Below, piece after piece: positions 18,899-29,551 of a stretch of 64,000 nucleotides of DNA. The stretch is from positions 4,072-68,071 of the forward strand of contig JADHWE010000004.1 in the NCBI GenBank assembly GCA_016783675.1. The letters are read 5' to 3'. The notes under the pieces were generated by a model. That model saw only the letters and a list, made by a program, of their open reading frames with translations. It did no database searches and was not told the origin of the DNA. The number at the start of each line of letters is the position of its first letter. Position 1 is the stretch's first letter. The translations under genes and the position numbers were made by a program. Source of the stretch: Kiritimatiellia bacterium. GTDB lineage: Bacteria; Verrucomicrobiota; Kiritimatiellia; UBA8416; JABMPJ01.

Positions 18899-19573
18899 AT
18901 GCCAAGGCGAACAAAAGAAGAGGCGGAGGCGACGCGTGAGAGTGTCTTGAGAGCCGCGCTCGACCTCTTCAGCGAGAAGGGCTACTCGCGCACAACGCTG
19001 AACGATATCGCCAAGCGAATCGGGATGAGCCGGGGCGCGGTATACTGGCATTTTGTCAACAAGGAAGCGCTGCTGGCGGCGCTGATTGAATTTGCCCACA
19101 ACTACAAGGAGCAATTGGTCGAGACGCAGATTCCCGATATCCAAACGCTGGCCGACCTGCGTGATGCTTTCGTGATGTACGCCCGCGTGGTGGCGGAGGA
19201 CGAGCTGATCCGCAAGTTCGAGTTTTTCATGCACTTCCAGATGGAGTGGTCACAGGAACTTCTGACCGAGACCCACAAGAAGCTAACCGAAATCCGTCAG
19301 AGTCCGCTCGAGGAATTCAAGACCTGCTTCGAAAACCCGCAGATTGCGCCGTTGCTCAAAGAAGGAACCGACCTGGACCAGCTGGTCGTGACGCTGGCTG
19401 CGTTTTGGATGGGCACCTGCAACATGTTCCTGGGTGGCTGTCCATTTGTTGAGCTGTCCTCTGCGGACGAGCAAGCTACGGATGGGCAGTGGCGTCTTGA
19501 TCTCGTACAGGCTATTGCAAACGGATTTGATCTGATAATGAACGGAGTTCTGAAAAGGGAAAACGATGAGTAA
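18899..19573 (+). CDS. acrR: TetR/AcrR family regulator
   Basis: MPRRTKEEAEATR...F.EKG...TTL.DIA...G.SRGAVYWHF.NK. Confidence 0.9.
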   Translation: MPRRTKEEAEATRESVLRAALDLFSEKGYSRTTLNDIAKRIGMSRGAVYWHFVNKEALLAALIEFAHNYKEQLVETQIPDIQTLADLRDAFVMYARVVAEDELIRKFEFFMHFQMEWSQELLTETHKKLTEIRQSPLEEFKTCFENPQIAPLLKEGTDLDQLVVTLAAFWMGTCNMFLGGCPFVELSSADEQATDGQWRLDLVQAIANGFDLIMNGVLKRENDE

Positions 19574-20660
19574 AACAGCAGCAGTACGAACAATACTCGC
19601 AGTGGCGATCGGCGCAGGCGCCGGATGGTTCGGGCGTGGTTTCATGGGCGGCGGAGGCGCGCCGCCCATGATGGGAATGGAAATGCCGCCGGCCATGGTG
19701 AAGGTGCTTGCGGTGCAGGAGTCCCTGCTGGCCGCGAGCGACGAGTATATCGCCGGCGTCGAGGCGATGCAGGAGGTCGTGATCCGCCCGGAAGTCGCCG
19801 GTCGAATTGTGAAGGTGCACTTCACGGAAGGATCCGCGGTGAACGCGGGTGACCTGCTCTTCTCCATCGATCCCTCCATCTACCAGGCGACTGCCGCCGC
19901 GGCCGCTGCGGAGATGAGCCGGGCCAAGAGGCGTTATGACCGCCTGAAGAAAGCCGATGCCCGTAGTGTATCAGCGTCCGAACTCGAATCGGCCGAGAGC
20001 GACTACCTGCGGGCCAAGGCCGCCCTGGACCTGGCGCAGGTGAATCTCAACTACACCGAGATCAAGGCGCCGGTCAGCGGCCGTATCGGCACGGCAATGG
20101 TCAAGCAAGGCAACTATGTCACACCCGGCGCAGCCGATCTGGCGCGTATCGTGCAGCTCGACCCCATCCGCGTGGTCTTCTCGCAGTCCGACCGTGAATA
20201 CCTGGCCCACCGTCGCCGTGAACTGGCCGGCGACAGCCCTGCACTTGAAGCACGCGTCGTGCTACCCGACGGTTCGGTGCTCCCGAACGTAGGGAAGAAG
20301 GATTTTGACGACAACGCCATCAACCCGGCCACCGGCACCATTGCGGTGCGCTACCTGTTTGACAATGCTGACGGCCTGCTCATCCCGGGCGGCTATGTCA
20401 CCGCGCAGCTCAGCAACCCGGCCGGCGAGACTGGCATCAAGATTCCGCAACGGGCGTTGCTGATCGACCAGGAGGGGGCCTACGTGTTGACGGTCGACGA
20501 GGCCGGAACCGTCGGGATGATCCGTGTCGAAACCGGCGATCGTGTCGGCCGGGATGTCATCATTCCCGCCGGGCTCAAGCCGGGGTACCGCATCGTAACC
20601 GACGGCGTGCAGAAAGCCATGCCGGGCGCCACGGTCATGGTCATGCCGACGGAGGGCTGA
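19566..20660 (+). CDS. RND efflux periplasmic adaptor (AcrA/MexA-like)
   Basis: [43 protein letters not shown]. Confidence 0.92.
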   Translation: MSKTAAVRTILAVAIGAGAGWFGRGFMGGGGAPPMMGMEMPPAMVKVLAVQESLLAASDEYIAGVEAMQEVVIRPEVAGRIVKVHFTEGSAVNAGDLLFSIDPSIYQATAAAAAAEMSRAKRRYDRLKKADARSVSASELESAESDYLRAKAALDLAQVNLNYTEIKAPVSGRIGTAMVKQGNYVTPGAADLARIVQLDPIRVVFSQSDREYLAHRRRELAGDSPALEARVVLPDGSVLPNVGKKDFDDNAINPATGTIAVRYLFDNADGLLIPGGYVTAQLSNPAGETGIKIPQRALLIDQEGAYVLTVDEAGTVGMIRVETGDRVGRDVIIPAGLKPGYRIVTDGVQKAMPGATVMVMPTEG

Positions 20661-20662
20661 AG

Positions 20663-23600
20663 ATGATCTCACGCGTATTCATTGAGCGCCCGCGCCTGGC
20701 CGGCGTCATCTCCATTGTCCTGACCCTGGCGGGCATCATCTCAATCGGTGCACTGCCGATTGCTCAGTTCCCGCAAGTGACGCCTCCGCAAGTTGTCGTG
20801 CGCGCCATGTATCCCGGCGCAGGCGCCGAGGTGCTGGCCGCTACGGTTGCCGGACCCATCGAGGATGCCGTCAACGGTGTCAACGACATGATCTACATGT
20901 CATCCACGTCCGACAGCGCGGGCAACTACGCGCTCATGGTGACCTTCGAGGTCGGCACTGACCCCGACATGGCACAGGTGCAGGTGCAGAATCGTGTGGC
21001 CCAAGCCGAGCCACTGCTGCCGATGGAGGTGACGCAACAGGGGGTTACGGTTGAGACCGAGGCATCCGATTTTCTCGGTTTCCTCATGGTGCAGTCGCCA
21101 GACCACAGTCGTGACGACATCTTCATGAGCGATTACACCTACAAGGTGATCAAGCCGGCGCTCGAACGTATTCCTGGCGTCAGCCGGGCGCAGGTCTACG
21201 CGCCGCGTTACAGCATGCGTGTCTGGATGGACGCCGACCGCCTCGCCGCGCTTGGCATGACCGACGACGATGTCATCGGCGCCATCCGCAGCCAGAACAT
21301 CCAGGCCTCGGTGGGGTCCGTCGGCAGTGCTCCCGGTAACAGTGCGGTCGTCTACACGCTCAAGGCTGAAGGTCGTCTTAACGATCCGGAGCGTTTCGAG
21401 AACATCATCGTGCGCACCGGTTCTGACGGTGCAGTGGTGTGCCTTAAAGATGTTGCCCGGATCGAGAAGGGCGCCGATAGCTATCTCTTCAGCGCCAAGT
21501 TCAACGGCAGGCAGGCCGTGGCCATAGGTGTCAGCCGTTCAGCCGGATCGAACGCCTTGGATGCCATGGAAGCCATGCGTGCCGAACTGGCATCGCTGTC
21601 CGAGCAGATTCCCGCAGGCATCGAGGTGGTGCTGCCGTGGGACGCCACCGATTACGTTCGGTCCAGCATTCGCGAGATCGTAACCACGTTGCTGTTGACG
21701 GTCTTCCTGGTGGTGATCGTCTGCTACATCTTCCTGCAGGACTGGCGCGCCACGCTGGTTCCTTCCCTGACGATCCCGGTTTCGCTCTGCTCGACGTTCG
21801 GTGTGCTGTTGGCGTTTGGTTACAGCATTAACACGTTAACGCTCTTTGGACTCGTGCTGGCCATCGGGTTGGTGGTCGACGACGCCATCGTGGTGGTTGA
21901 GCGTGTGCTTCACCTCATGGAACACGACGGTCTCGATCACAAGGCGGCTACCATCAAGGCCATGGAGCAGGTGACCGGTGCTGTCATCGCCACGACGCTG
22001 GTGCTGCTCGCAATCTTTGTGCCGATCGGTTTTGTGGGTGGCATCACCGGCAAGATCTACCAGCAGTTTGCCGTCGCCATCTCCGCGGCTGTCTTCTTCT
22101 CAACAGTCAACGCACTGACACTCAGCCCGGCCCTCTGTTCCGTACTGCTCCACGTGGCCAAACCCAAGCAGCACGGTCCGCTCCGCTGGTTCAACACGGG
22201 GCTTGCGCGCGTCCGCGGTCACTACGTCAGCGGCACCACGCGCCTGGCGCGGCGGCTGGTACTGACCACGTTCATCCTGGCCGGCGTGATCGGGGGGGCG
22301 GTCTTCCTTAGTTCTATGAGTCCGACTGCTTTTCTGCCGGAAGAGGACCAGGGCGTGATCTTCGGCGTCATGCAGTTGCCGGAGGGCGCCTCGCGTGAAC
22401 GCACCGACGACCTGCTGGCACGGGTCATCACGCCTATCGGGGATGAGCCCGGCATCGCGTATACCGTCGAGGTGGCCGGCTACGGCATGATGGGCGGTAT
22501 GGGTGAGAATGTCGCCTTCTTCCTCTTCGGCCTGGAGAGCTGGGATAAGCGACGTAGCCCGGAACTTCAGATCACGGCCATCCAGCAGCGGCTCCAGGGC
22601 GCTCTGATGATGGAACCGGGCGCCCAGATCAGCCTCTTTGTGCCACCGGCCATCATGGGGCTCGGTGCCAGCGGCGGCTTGGATATCCGCCTGCAGGCCA
22701 TCGACGATGATGACCCGCAGAAGCTCAGTGGCGTGCTTCAAAGCTTCCTGATGCAGCTTAACATGATGCCTGAGACGATGTTTGCGTTCAGCGGCTACGC
22801 GGCCAACGCCCCTCATCTTTCCCTGGAGATAGACCGGGCGAAGGCCGCTCTGCTGCAGGTGGAAATCAGCGACATCTTCTCCGCCCTGCAGAGCAGCTTT
22901 GGCTCCCGCTATGTCAATGACGTCAACTTCGAAGGGCAGGTCAACCGGGTCATGGTACAGGCCGAGACCGGTTTCCGTAAGAGCCAGGAGGATATCGAGC
23001 AGCTTTACGTGCGCAGTCGCGCGGGAGCCATGGTTCCGTTGGGGAGCGTTCTCTCCATCACGCCCACACTCGCGCCGCGTGCGGTCGAGCGCTACAACAA
23101 GTTCGTCTCCGCTTCGATCAACGCCGTACTGATTCCCATTTTCAGCAGCGGCGTGGTGATGGAGAAGGTGAGCGAGATGGCCAAGACGGCTTTGCCGCCC
23201 GGCTACAACCTGGCGTGGTCCGGGATCAGTTACCAGGAGGCCAAGGCTTCCGGTGGCGCCGCGATCCTTATCGTGATGGCGATCTTGTTCGCTTACCTCT
23301 TCCTCGTGGCGCAGTACGAAAGCTGGACCATCCCGTTGCCGGTGATGCTCTCGACGTCAGTGGCCGCCTTTGGTGCGCTGGTGACGCTCTTCTTCATGCA
23401 GATGCCGCTGAGCATCTACGCGCAGCTCGGCCTGATCCTCCTGATTGGATTGGCCAGCAAGAATGCCATCCTCATCGTCGAGTTTTCCAAGACGCGGCGC
23501 GAGGAGGGGCTCTCCATCATTGATGCCGCCGCCGATGGGGCAGGGCAGCGATTCCGTGCCGTCTTGATGACCGCCTTTACCTTCATCCTCGGCATCTTCC

Positions 23601-25144
23601 CCATGGTGATTGCCGTGGGAGCAGGCCAGTCGGCTCGTCGCGTGATCGGTACGACCGTGTTTGCCGGCATGCTGGCGGCGACACTCTTTGGTATTATCCT
23701 GGTGCCCGCACTGTATGTTCTCTTCCAGACCCTGCGCGAGAAAGGGCATGGCGTTCGTGTGAAGCTCATCAGTCGAATGCATCTGTTGGCTATCCTCCTG
23801 ATACCCTTCGTCCTTGGTGGCTGCCTGACCGTTGGCCCGGACTATGAGCCGCCCGAATGGCCTGTCGTCGGCGATGCCGAGTGTGAGCCGCCCGCCGAGT
23901 GGTGGTCCACGTTCAGTGACCCGTTGCTGGTCGAGCTGGTTGACGAGGCGCTCACGAACAACCCCGACCTGAAGTCGTCGATTGCCGCCGTGCGTGCCGC
24001 GCGCGCACAGCTCGGTATCGTCCGCTCATCGCTCGGTCCGCGCGTCGATGCACGCGCCGGACTCAACAGCAGCAGCCCGAGTGCATCAGTGCCTATGTCT
24101 GTCGATGGCGATCTGTACAGCGCGGGCTTTGATGCCGTGTGGGAACTCGACATTTTTGGCGGTGTGCGCCGGGCCAAGGAGGCCGCCACGGCTTTCCTCG
24201 AGGGCCAAGCCGCGTCGCTTGCGCATGTTGAAGTGTCGCTTGCCGCCGAGACCGCGCAGGCCTACGTGCGACTGCGCGGAGCGCAGCAGCGCCTCAGCGT
24301 TGCACGCAGGAACCTGGAGCTACAGCAGCAAACCTTCGACCTGCTACAGTCGCAGCGCGACAGCGGACTCGTCAACGAACTCGCCCTGCAACAGGCCAGG
24401 GCGAACCTTGAGAGCACGCGCGCCACCGTACCCTCGCTCGAGACTGCGGTTGAGCAGATCCTGAATGCCCTGGCCGTCTTGACCGGCGCCATGCCCGGTA
24501 CGCTGCACGACCGGCTCGCAGAGGTGCAGGAGGTCCCCGTGGCCGGCATGGCCGATGTTGCCGGCATACCGGCCGACCTGCTGCGTCGCCGTCCCGATGT
24601 GCAGATGGCCGAACGCAACCTGGCGGAGCAGACCGCCCGCATCGGCATCGCCAAGTCTGACTACTTCCCGAAATTGACCCTCAGCGGATCCATCGGCGTG
24701 GAAGCGATCACCTTCTCCGGTCTGAGTGAATCCGGGAACCAGAACTCCAGTTTCGGGCCTTCCATCGGCTGGGCAATCCTACGCAGCGGCCAGATTCGCA
24801 ATAATGTTAAGGCGCAGGAGGCAGCGAAGGACCAGGCGTTTGCCGCCTACGAGAAGAGTGTGCTGTCCGCGGTACAGGAGACCCGTGACGCGCTCGTTGC
24901 CTTCCGCAACGAGACCCGTCGTCTCGATGCCCTGTCATCCGCGGCGGATGCCGCGCGCACCGCGGCCGAGGTGGCGGACGACCGTTACCAGAATGGACTC
25001 GAGCCGTTCAACATCGTGCTCGACAGCCAGCGCGTCCAACTCCAACTCGAAGACCAGCAAGTCCAGAGCCGCAGCGAAAGCGCCCTCTCGGTCATCCGTC
25101 TCTACAAAGCCCTTGGCGGCGGCTGGGTTGCGGGTACCCGTTAG
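20663..25144 (+). CDS. RND permease (AcrB/HAE1) fused in frame to NodT/OprM-type outer-membrane factor
   Basis: aa 1-~1030 AcrB motifs ([35 protein letters not shown]); then lipobox LGGC (Cys1054), [32 protein letters not shown]. Confidence 0.9.
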   Translation: MISRVFIERPRLAGVISIVLTLAGIISIGALPIAQFPQVTPPQVVVRAMYPGAGAEVLAATVAGPIEDAVNGVNDMIYMSSTSDSAGNYALMVTFEVGTDPDMAQVQVQNRVAQAEPLLPMEVTQQGVTVETEASDFLGFLMVQSPDHSRDDIFMSDYTYKVIKPALERIPGVSRAQVYAPRYSMRVWMDADRLAALGMTDDDVIGAIRSQNIQASVGSVGSAPGNSAVVYTLKAEGRLNDPERFENIIVRTGSDGAVVCLKDVARIEKGADSYLFSAKFNGRQAVAIGVSRSAGSNALDAMEAMRAELASLSEQIPAGIEVVLPWDATDYVRSSIREIVTTLLLTVFLVVIVCYIFLQDWRATLVPSLTIPVSLCSTFGVLLAFGYSINTLTLFGLVLAIGLVVDDAIVVVERVLHLMEHDGLDHKAATIKAMEQVTGAVIATTLVLLAIFVPIGFVGGITGKIYQQFAVAISAAVFFSTVNALTLSPALCSVLLHVAKPKQHGPLRWFNTGLARVRGHYVSGTTRLARRLVLTTFILAGVIGGAVFLSSMSPTAFLPEEDQGVIFGVMQLPEGASRERTDDLLARVITPIGDEPGIAYTVEVAGYGMMGGMGENVAFFLFGLESWDKRRSPELQITAIQQRLQGALMMEPGAQISLFVPPAIMGLGASGGLDIRLQAIDDDDPQKLSGVLQSFLMQLNMMPETMFAFSGYAANAPHLSLEIDRAKAALLQVEISDIFSALQSSFGSRYVNDVNFEGQVNRVMVQAETGFRKSQEDIEQLYVRSRAGAMVPLGSVLSITPTLAPRAVERYNKFVSASINAVLIPIFSSGVVMEKVSEMAKTALPPGYNLAWSGISYQEAKASGGAAILIVMAILFAYLFLVAQYESWTIPLPVMLSTSVAAFGALVTLFFMQMPLSIYAQLGLILLIGLASKNAILIVEFSKTRREEGLSIIDAAADGAGQRFRAVLMTAFTFILGIFPMVIAVGAGQSARRVIGTTVFAGMLAATLFGIILVPALYVLFQTLREKGHGVRVKLISRMHLLAILLIPFVLGGCLTVGPDYEPPEWPVVGDAECEPPAEWWSTFSDPLLVELVDEALTNNPDLKSSIAAVRAARAQLGIVRSSLGPRVDARAGLNSSSPSASVPMSVDGDLYSAGFDAVWELDIFGGVRRAKEAATAFLEGQAASLAHVEVSLAAETAQAYVRLRGAQQRLSVARRNLELQQQTFDLLQSQRDSGLVNELALQQARANLESTRATVPSLETAVEQILNALAVLTGAMPGTLHDRLAEVQEVPVAGMADVAGIPADLLRRRPDVQMAERNLAEQTARIGIAKSDYFPKLTLSGSIGVEAITFSGLSESGNQNSSFGPSIGWAILRSGQIRNNVKAQEAAKDQAFAAYEKSVLSAVQETRDALVAFRNETRRLDALSSAADAARTAAEVADDRYQNGLEPFNIVLDSQRVQLQLEDQQVQSRSESALSVIRLYKALGGGWVAGTR

Positions 25145-26772
25145 AAGCGTGGCCCCGGCGGCTCATGTTCACCCTCCACGGGGTGACTGGGCTGATGGGG
25201 TGGCGGGGACGATGGCCGTTGGCGCAGACCCGGCCTATCGCGTCGTCCCGGTTCGCGTTCAGCTCCGGGGCGGCGCTCCGGCGGTGCTGGTCGGCGACCG
25301 CCGCTGGCTTCGGCTTCCTCGAGTCGGGTTTTCCAGCGCAGCGCCTCCTTGCTGTCGGGGTCGGCTGCGAGCCAGTTGTCGAGTGTGGCGCGGGCCGGCT
25401 CGAGGTGGCCGACTTCGAGGAGGAGGGAGATCAGTGCAGCGGCGATGTCCCCATTCCCGGGATCCAGCGCGTGGGCGCGTCGCAGCTTGTCCGTTCCTGT
25501 GCGGCGCTCGCCATGGGCGAGGTCGGTCATGCCTTCTTCGTAAAGCGCACGCGCCGCCGGGGCACTCGGATTCTCGGTGCGGGCGGCTGCGGGTGACGCC
25601 TCCGGCGTGGGACGGAAATGCTTCACCCCGAGGATTGCGGCCGCGGCAAGCGCGGCCAGGATGACGGCACTGGCGATGATGGCCGTGTTGACACGTGCCG
25701 GTTTGCGGGCGCCGCTGCCATGCGGCCCCAATGGGGCTTGGCCTGCGGCGAGGCGGTTCAGGTCCTCGAGTACATCATTCATGCTCGCATAACGATCGCG
25801 CAGCTCACGTGCCATGCACCATTCGACCACGGCAACCAGCGGCGCCGAGGTGCCGGGGCTGGCTGTCGCGAGCGGCGCGGGTGGTCCGTCGATCACGGCC
25901 TGGACGATACGCATCGGGTCGTGACCTGTGTAGGGCGGCTTGCCCGCCAGCATTTCGTAGAGCGTGGCGCCGAAGGCGTAGATATCGGCGCGGGTGTCTT
26001 CGGCGAGCCCTTCCGCGATACGTGGCGACATGTAGGCCGGTGTGCCGACCGGGTGTGCGGTCTGTCCATCAACCAGCGAATCGTTGAAGAAGGGCCGGAC
26101 CAGGCCGAAGTCGGCGATCAGGGCGCGACCTTCGTCGTCGAGCAGGATGTTGGCCGGCTTGAGATCGCGATGGATCAACCCTTTGCCGTGCGCGTAGGAG
26201 AGACCTTCAGCGACCTGGCTAGCGATCGAAATGGTCTCGGCTGGGGGTAGCCCGTTTTTGCCGATCTTCTGGTCGAGACTACCTTGCGCCATGAAGGACA
26301 TCACGAAGAAGGCACCGTCCTGCTCACCCGACACTTCAAGGACTTTGAGGATGTGGGGATGGAAAAGCTCGTACATGTGGCGGGCTTCCGCGAGGAAGCA
26401 CTTCACGACGCGTGGGTCCCTGGCCAGCTCGGGCTTGAGCGTTTTCAACGCCACGTAGGCGCCCGTGATGGGCTCGACGCCGAGCAGTACCTCTGCCATA
26501 CCGCCCTGGCCGAGGCGTTTAACGATCTCGAACTTGCCGATCCGGCCCAGCGATCCGAGGCGCGAAGGCGGCTGCATGTGCCCGCCCTGTAACAGCGCGG
26601 CGTCGCCGGCGGGTATGCTTGAAGCCGGGGGTACGGTGAGATCGTGCTCCGGGTCTACGATTCCGGGCATGGTGGGATCGTCAGGCGTCATGACGGGCTG
26701 GGCGCACTGCGGGCAGTTGCCGGAGGTATCCGCAATGACGGTTTCGCCACAGTTCTGGCAGGTGACGCTCAT
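25141..26772 (-). CDS. Membrane Hanks-type Ser/Thr kinase with N-terminal Zn ribbon and extracytoplasmic TPR
   Basis: CQNC..CPQC; [35 protein letters not shown]; one TM, then TPR and Pro/Arg tail. Confidence 0.92.
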   Translation of the reverse strand: MSVTCQNCGETVIADTSGNCPQCAQPVMTPDDPTMPGIVDPEHDLTVPPASSIPAGDAALLQGGHMQPPSRLGSLGRIGKFEIVKRLGQGGMAEVLLGVEPITGAYVALKTLKPELARDPRVVKCFLAEARHMYELFHPHILKVLEVSGEQDGAFFVMSFMAQGSLDQKIGKNGLPPAETISIASQVAEGLSYAHGKGLIHRDLKPANILLDDEGRALIADFGLVRPFFNDSLVDGQTAHPVGTPAYMSPRIAEGLAEDTRADIYAFGATLYEMLAGKPPYTGHDPMRIVQAVIDGPPAPLATASPGTSAPLVAVVEWCMARELRDRYASMNDVLEDLNRLAAGQAPLGPHGSGARKPARVNTAIIASAVILAALAAAAILGVKHFRPTPEASPAAARTENPSAPAARALYEEGMTDLAHGERRTGTDKLRRAHALDPGNGDIAAALISLLLEVGHLEPARATLDNWLAADPDSKEALRWKTRLEEAEASGGRRPAPPERRPGAEREPGRRDRPGLRQRPSSPPPHQPSHPVEGEHEPPGPRF

Positions 26773-27296
26773 GATGGTTCTTCCTCCCGGCCCAGTGCTT
26801 CAAGACCTGAACGTAGCACGTCGCAGGCTTCGGGCGCGAGCCATTCGCGGGAGAGCGCCCAGCGAATTCCGTCAACGATGCTGTCGTCGCTGAGCGTGGA
26901 GATGCGCCGTCGGCAGCGGCCCAGCGCCACGGCGATGCTGGCGAAATAGAGGACCCGGGCGACGTCATGGGGCACAACCGAGTGCGGGCTGTTCAGGCAG
27001 CGCTTGGCAAACTCCTTGGTCAACTTGAGCAATGGCAGTGGGGGGCGCTCGTGGGTGAGGAGATCACCGAAGCTGCGCAGGAGCAGGTTCTTGGATGATG
27101 CCAGCATCTCGACGCGTTGCGCGAAGGCGTCGTCCAGTCCGCCCAGGTCCATCGCGAGGGGGGCTTTCCATTGGTGGGCGAAGACGTCCTGCAGATCGCT
27201 GTCCGACCAGAGCTGGTCCTCGGCGGCGGTGTCGTTGAGAAGAGATCGGATGCCGGCGGGCGGGGCATCCAGGATACTGGGTTGAGGTCTGTTCAT
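26769..27296 (-). CDS. Hypothetical soluble helical protein coupled to the kinase
   Basis: 175-aa ORF; TGA overlaps kinase ATG; lies between ECF sigma and kinase. Confidence 0.75.
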   Translation of the reverse strand: MNRPQPSILDAPPAGIRSLLNDTAAEDQLWSDSDLQDVFAHQWKAPLAMDLGGLDDAFAQRVEMLASSKNLLLRSFGDLLTHERPPLPLLKLTKEFAKRCLNSPHSVVPHDVARVLYFASIAVALGRCRRRISTLSDDSIVDGIRWALSREWLAPEACDVLRSGLEALGREEEPS

Positions 27297-27377
27297 AGCG
27301 TCGTCTGTCTGTTGTGTCCGGCGCTTTCTTGCCCGCCGGCATAGTGTGCTACGCGGTCTGTCCCGGAATCCTGCATC

Positions 27378-28088
27378 TCATAGACACTTTTTCAATTCTT
27401 CCAGTTCTGCCTCAGCCTGCGTGGGGTCGTCGACCGTTTCAACCACAACTGCGTGGAGATGGCGGGAGAACATGCGTTTGGCGGTAATCAGGAGGTTGGC
27501 GGCCTGGCTGGGCGAGTCCAGCTTGAGCTGTTTGACCAGCTCGCCGTACGGGGTTGGCGTGGCCCCTTCAAGCATCGGCTCAAGCAGACGTACGCGGAAG
27601 ATGGTCCAGACGTCGTCCCTGTCGTGTTGGGCGCATTCTTCCCGCACACCCTCAACTGCTATACCGACCATCTGGCTGATCCACGCCTGCTGGAATTGTC
27701 GGTCCAGGTTGTCATCCGTGCTAGTGCCATCGGCCTCCTCAAGTGGAAGCAGCGGCCCGCCGGACGGCGCGCGCCGCGCGGCTCCGGCCCGGCGCAGCTC
27801 ATCGCGGATGTAGTTCTGGAAGGCGTTGAGCAGAAAGGTGCGAAACCGCCCGCGCGATCGGTCGGCGCGCTCGAGAATGCTGTGCTCAAGGATCTTGGAC
27901 GCGATAAACCCCTGCACCAAATCCTCGCGCCGGTGTGCATCCAAGCCGGGATGACGTGTGAGATACCAGTGCAGCACCGGCAGATAACGCTCCAGCAGAT
28001 CATTAAGCGCTTCTATCCGCACCTCGTCGCTGCCCTCATGGGCTCGCGCGATAAGTGACCAGCGTGTTACTTGGGGCTCAGAAGTCAT
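27378..28088 (-). CDS. ECF sigma factor of the kinase-associated type
   Basis: TRWSLI N-terminus, EDLVQGF, RGRFRTFLL sigma2 motifs, degenerate sigma4. Confidence 0.82.
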   Translation of the reverse strand: MTSEPQVTRWSLIARAHEGSDEVRIEALNDLLERYLPVLHWYLTRHPGLDAHRREDLVQGFIASKILEHSILERADRSRGRFRTFLLNAFQNYIRDELRRAGAARRAPSGGPLLPLEEADGTSTDDNLDRQFQQAWISQMVGIAVEGVREECAQHDRDDVWTIFRVRLLEPMLEGATPTPYGELVKQLKLDSPSQAANLLITAKRMFSRHLHAVVVETVDDPTQAEAELEELKKCL

Positions 28089-29305
28089 TTCGTAACTACC
28101 GGTAGATCCATGAACAGGCTTGGGAAGTAGAATGGTAGTGTCTTCGATGGAAAGGCGATCCGCAGGATCCCTTTCTGGGATGGGCTCTGGAAATAGCCCT
28201 CCGCCAGTCCCAGTTTGATGATCTCAGCCGCAGTTGTGGCTCCCTTGCCCGTGATCTGCTTGACCCTTTCGCGCGGGAACTCACCTTCGTCGGCAAGCGC
28301 CCGGGTGACTTTCATGATCGCTTCTTGATGCCGGGGCAGGTGCAATGCTTCAAATTGGAAGTAGCGTTCGATCCGTGTCCGCAGGGCGGTTAGATCGAGC
28401 AGTCCGCTCATGAACTGTACCTGGTCGAGGATCGTTTCCAGGAAGAACACACAGAAACGGGACAGGGCCCTGGCGCTGAGATTGCCTCGGCCATCATAGT
28501 CGTTCTCGCGCGGCCGATCGGCCTCCTGGAGTCTTGTGAAATAGGTCTCACGCATGCGTGCCAGCCCGCGCGAGAGTGTCCAGAGCCCTCCGCCATCCAG
28601 TCCGTGGCGGAGGAGAAGTGCGTGCGAATGAAGGCGTACAACTCGGCCATTGCCATCGCCAAAAGGGTGAATCCAAGCCAGGCGGTGATGGGCTGCAGCT
28701 ATGGCCGTCAGTCGGTCGGTTGCGCGAATAGGGGTTTGACCGTAGAAGACGTGGAACCGATCCATGAACCCCTGCAGTGCAGAGAAGTCGGGAGGTGTGT
28801 GTCTACCCACGTCCACCATGACCTCTCGCATCTTTCCGGGTGTGACTCTGTATTCCTCGCCTGATTCCGTATGAGAAACGTGCAGGGCATCCGGAAGTCG
28901 ACTGTAGAAATGCTCATGAATCCAGCAGATGAACTCAGGGGCGTAGACGTCCAGGGTCTCATCCTCCAGCCGCAATACCATTGCTTCCTCTGTGTCGATA
29001 TGGGCCTGTGCCAATAACTGATTGTTCCGCTGTTCCGGGTCCGTGGACAGCTTGTCCTGGTTGGCTTGTTCGATGTCTCTCGGAAGTGTTCTGTGCCCTT
29101 CGATCAGGTTTGAGTAGTAGCAGTTCATCGTACGGATCAGCGAGGCGAGTTCTGCTCTAACGGCCGGGCAGTGCACCGCCCCGTCCAGTCTCCCCGTGGC
29201 CACCGCAACCGCCTGCGAAAGCTCGGAAAGCCGGGGATCCTTCGGGTCTGGAAGTAGCGGTTCCATGGACGCTATATGTCTGTATACGGCTGATGTGTCA
29301 GGCAT
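28085..29305 (-). CDS. Fic-domain protein (class II-like) with C-terminal wHTH-like region
   Basis: HPFGDGNGRVVR active-site motif; SNLIEG inhibitory motif; stop overlaps ECF ATG. Confidence 0.92.
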   Translation of the reverse strand: MPDTSAVYRHIASMEPLLPDPKDPRLSELSQAVAVATGRLDGAVHCPAVRAELASLIRTMNCYYSNLIEGHRTLPRDIEQANQDKLSTDPEQRNNQLLAQAHIDTEEAMVLRLEDETLDVYAPEFICWIHEHFYSRLPDALHVSHTESGEEYRVTPGKMREVMVDVGRHTPPDFSALQGFMDRFHVFYGQTPIRATDRLTAIAAAHHRLAWIHPFGDGNGRVVRLHSHALLLRHGLDGGGLWTLSRGLARMRETYFTRLQEADRPRENDYDGRGNLSARALSRFCVFFLETILDQVQFMSGLLDLTALRTRIERYFQFEALHLPRHQEAIMKVTRALADEGEFPRERVKQITGKGATTAAEIIKLGLAEGYFQSPSQKGILRIAFPSKTLPFYFPSLFMDLPVVTK

Positions 29306-29371
29306 AATGAAGATCTATCTGAATATAATAATGAAGATATAGCAACTGTGTAAACTGCTAACTAGTATCGT

Positions 29372-29399
29372 CTTATATCATATCCATATCGTATGTCAA
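29372..29399 (-). promoter_or_regulatory. Putative sigma70 promoter of the fic operon with overlapping GATAT repeats
   Basis: Minus strand TTGACA-16-TATAAG with extended TG, in an AT-rich island. Confidence 0.5.
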
Positions 29400-29551
29400 C
29401 GAAAAACCGAAGATCTGTTCGAATATCATGTCCCGGAGGATCCGGTGCCGATATGTGGCCTACCTCTGCGGTTGTCGCTGCAACCGTCAGGCAGGCCGTC
29501 GCGCAGGATGCAGTGACGGAGCGCGTAGCACGAGGCAGAAGGAGAGACGTC

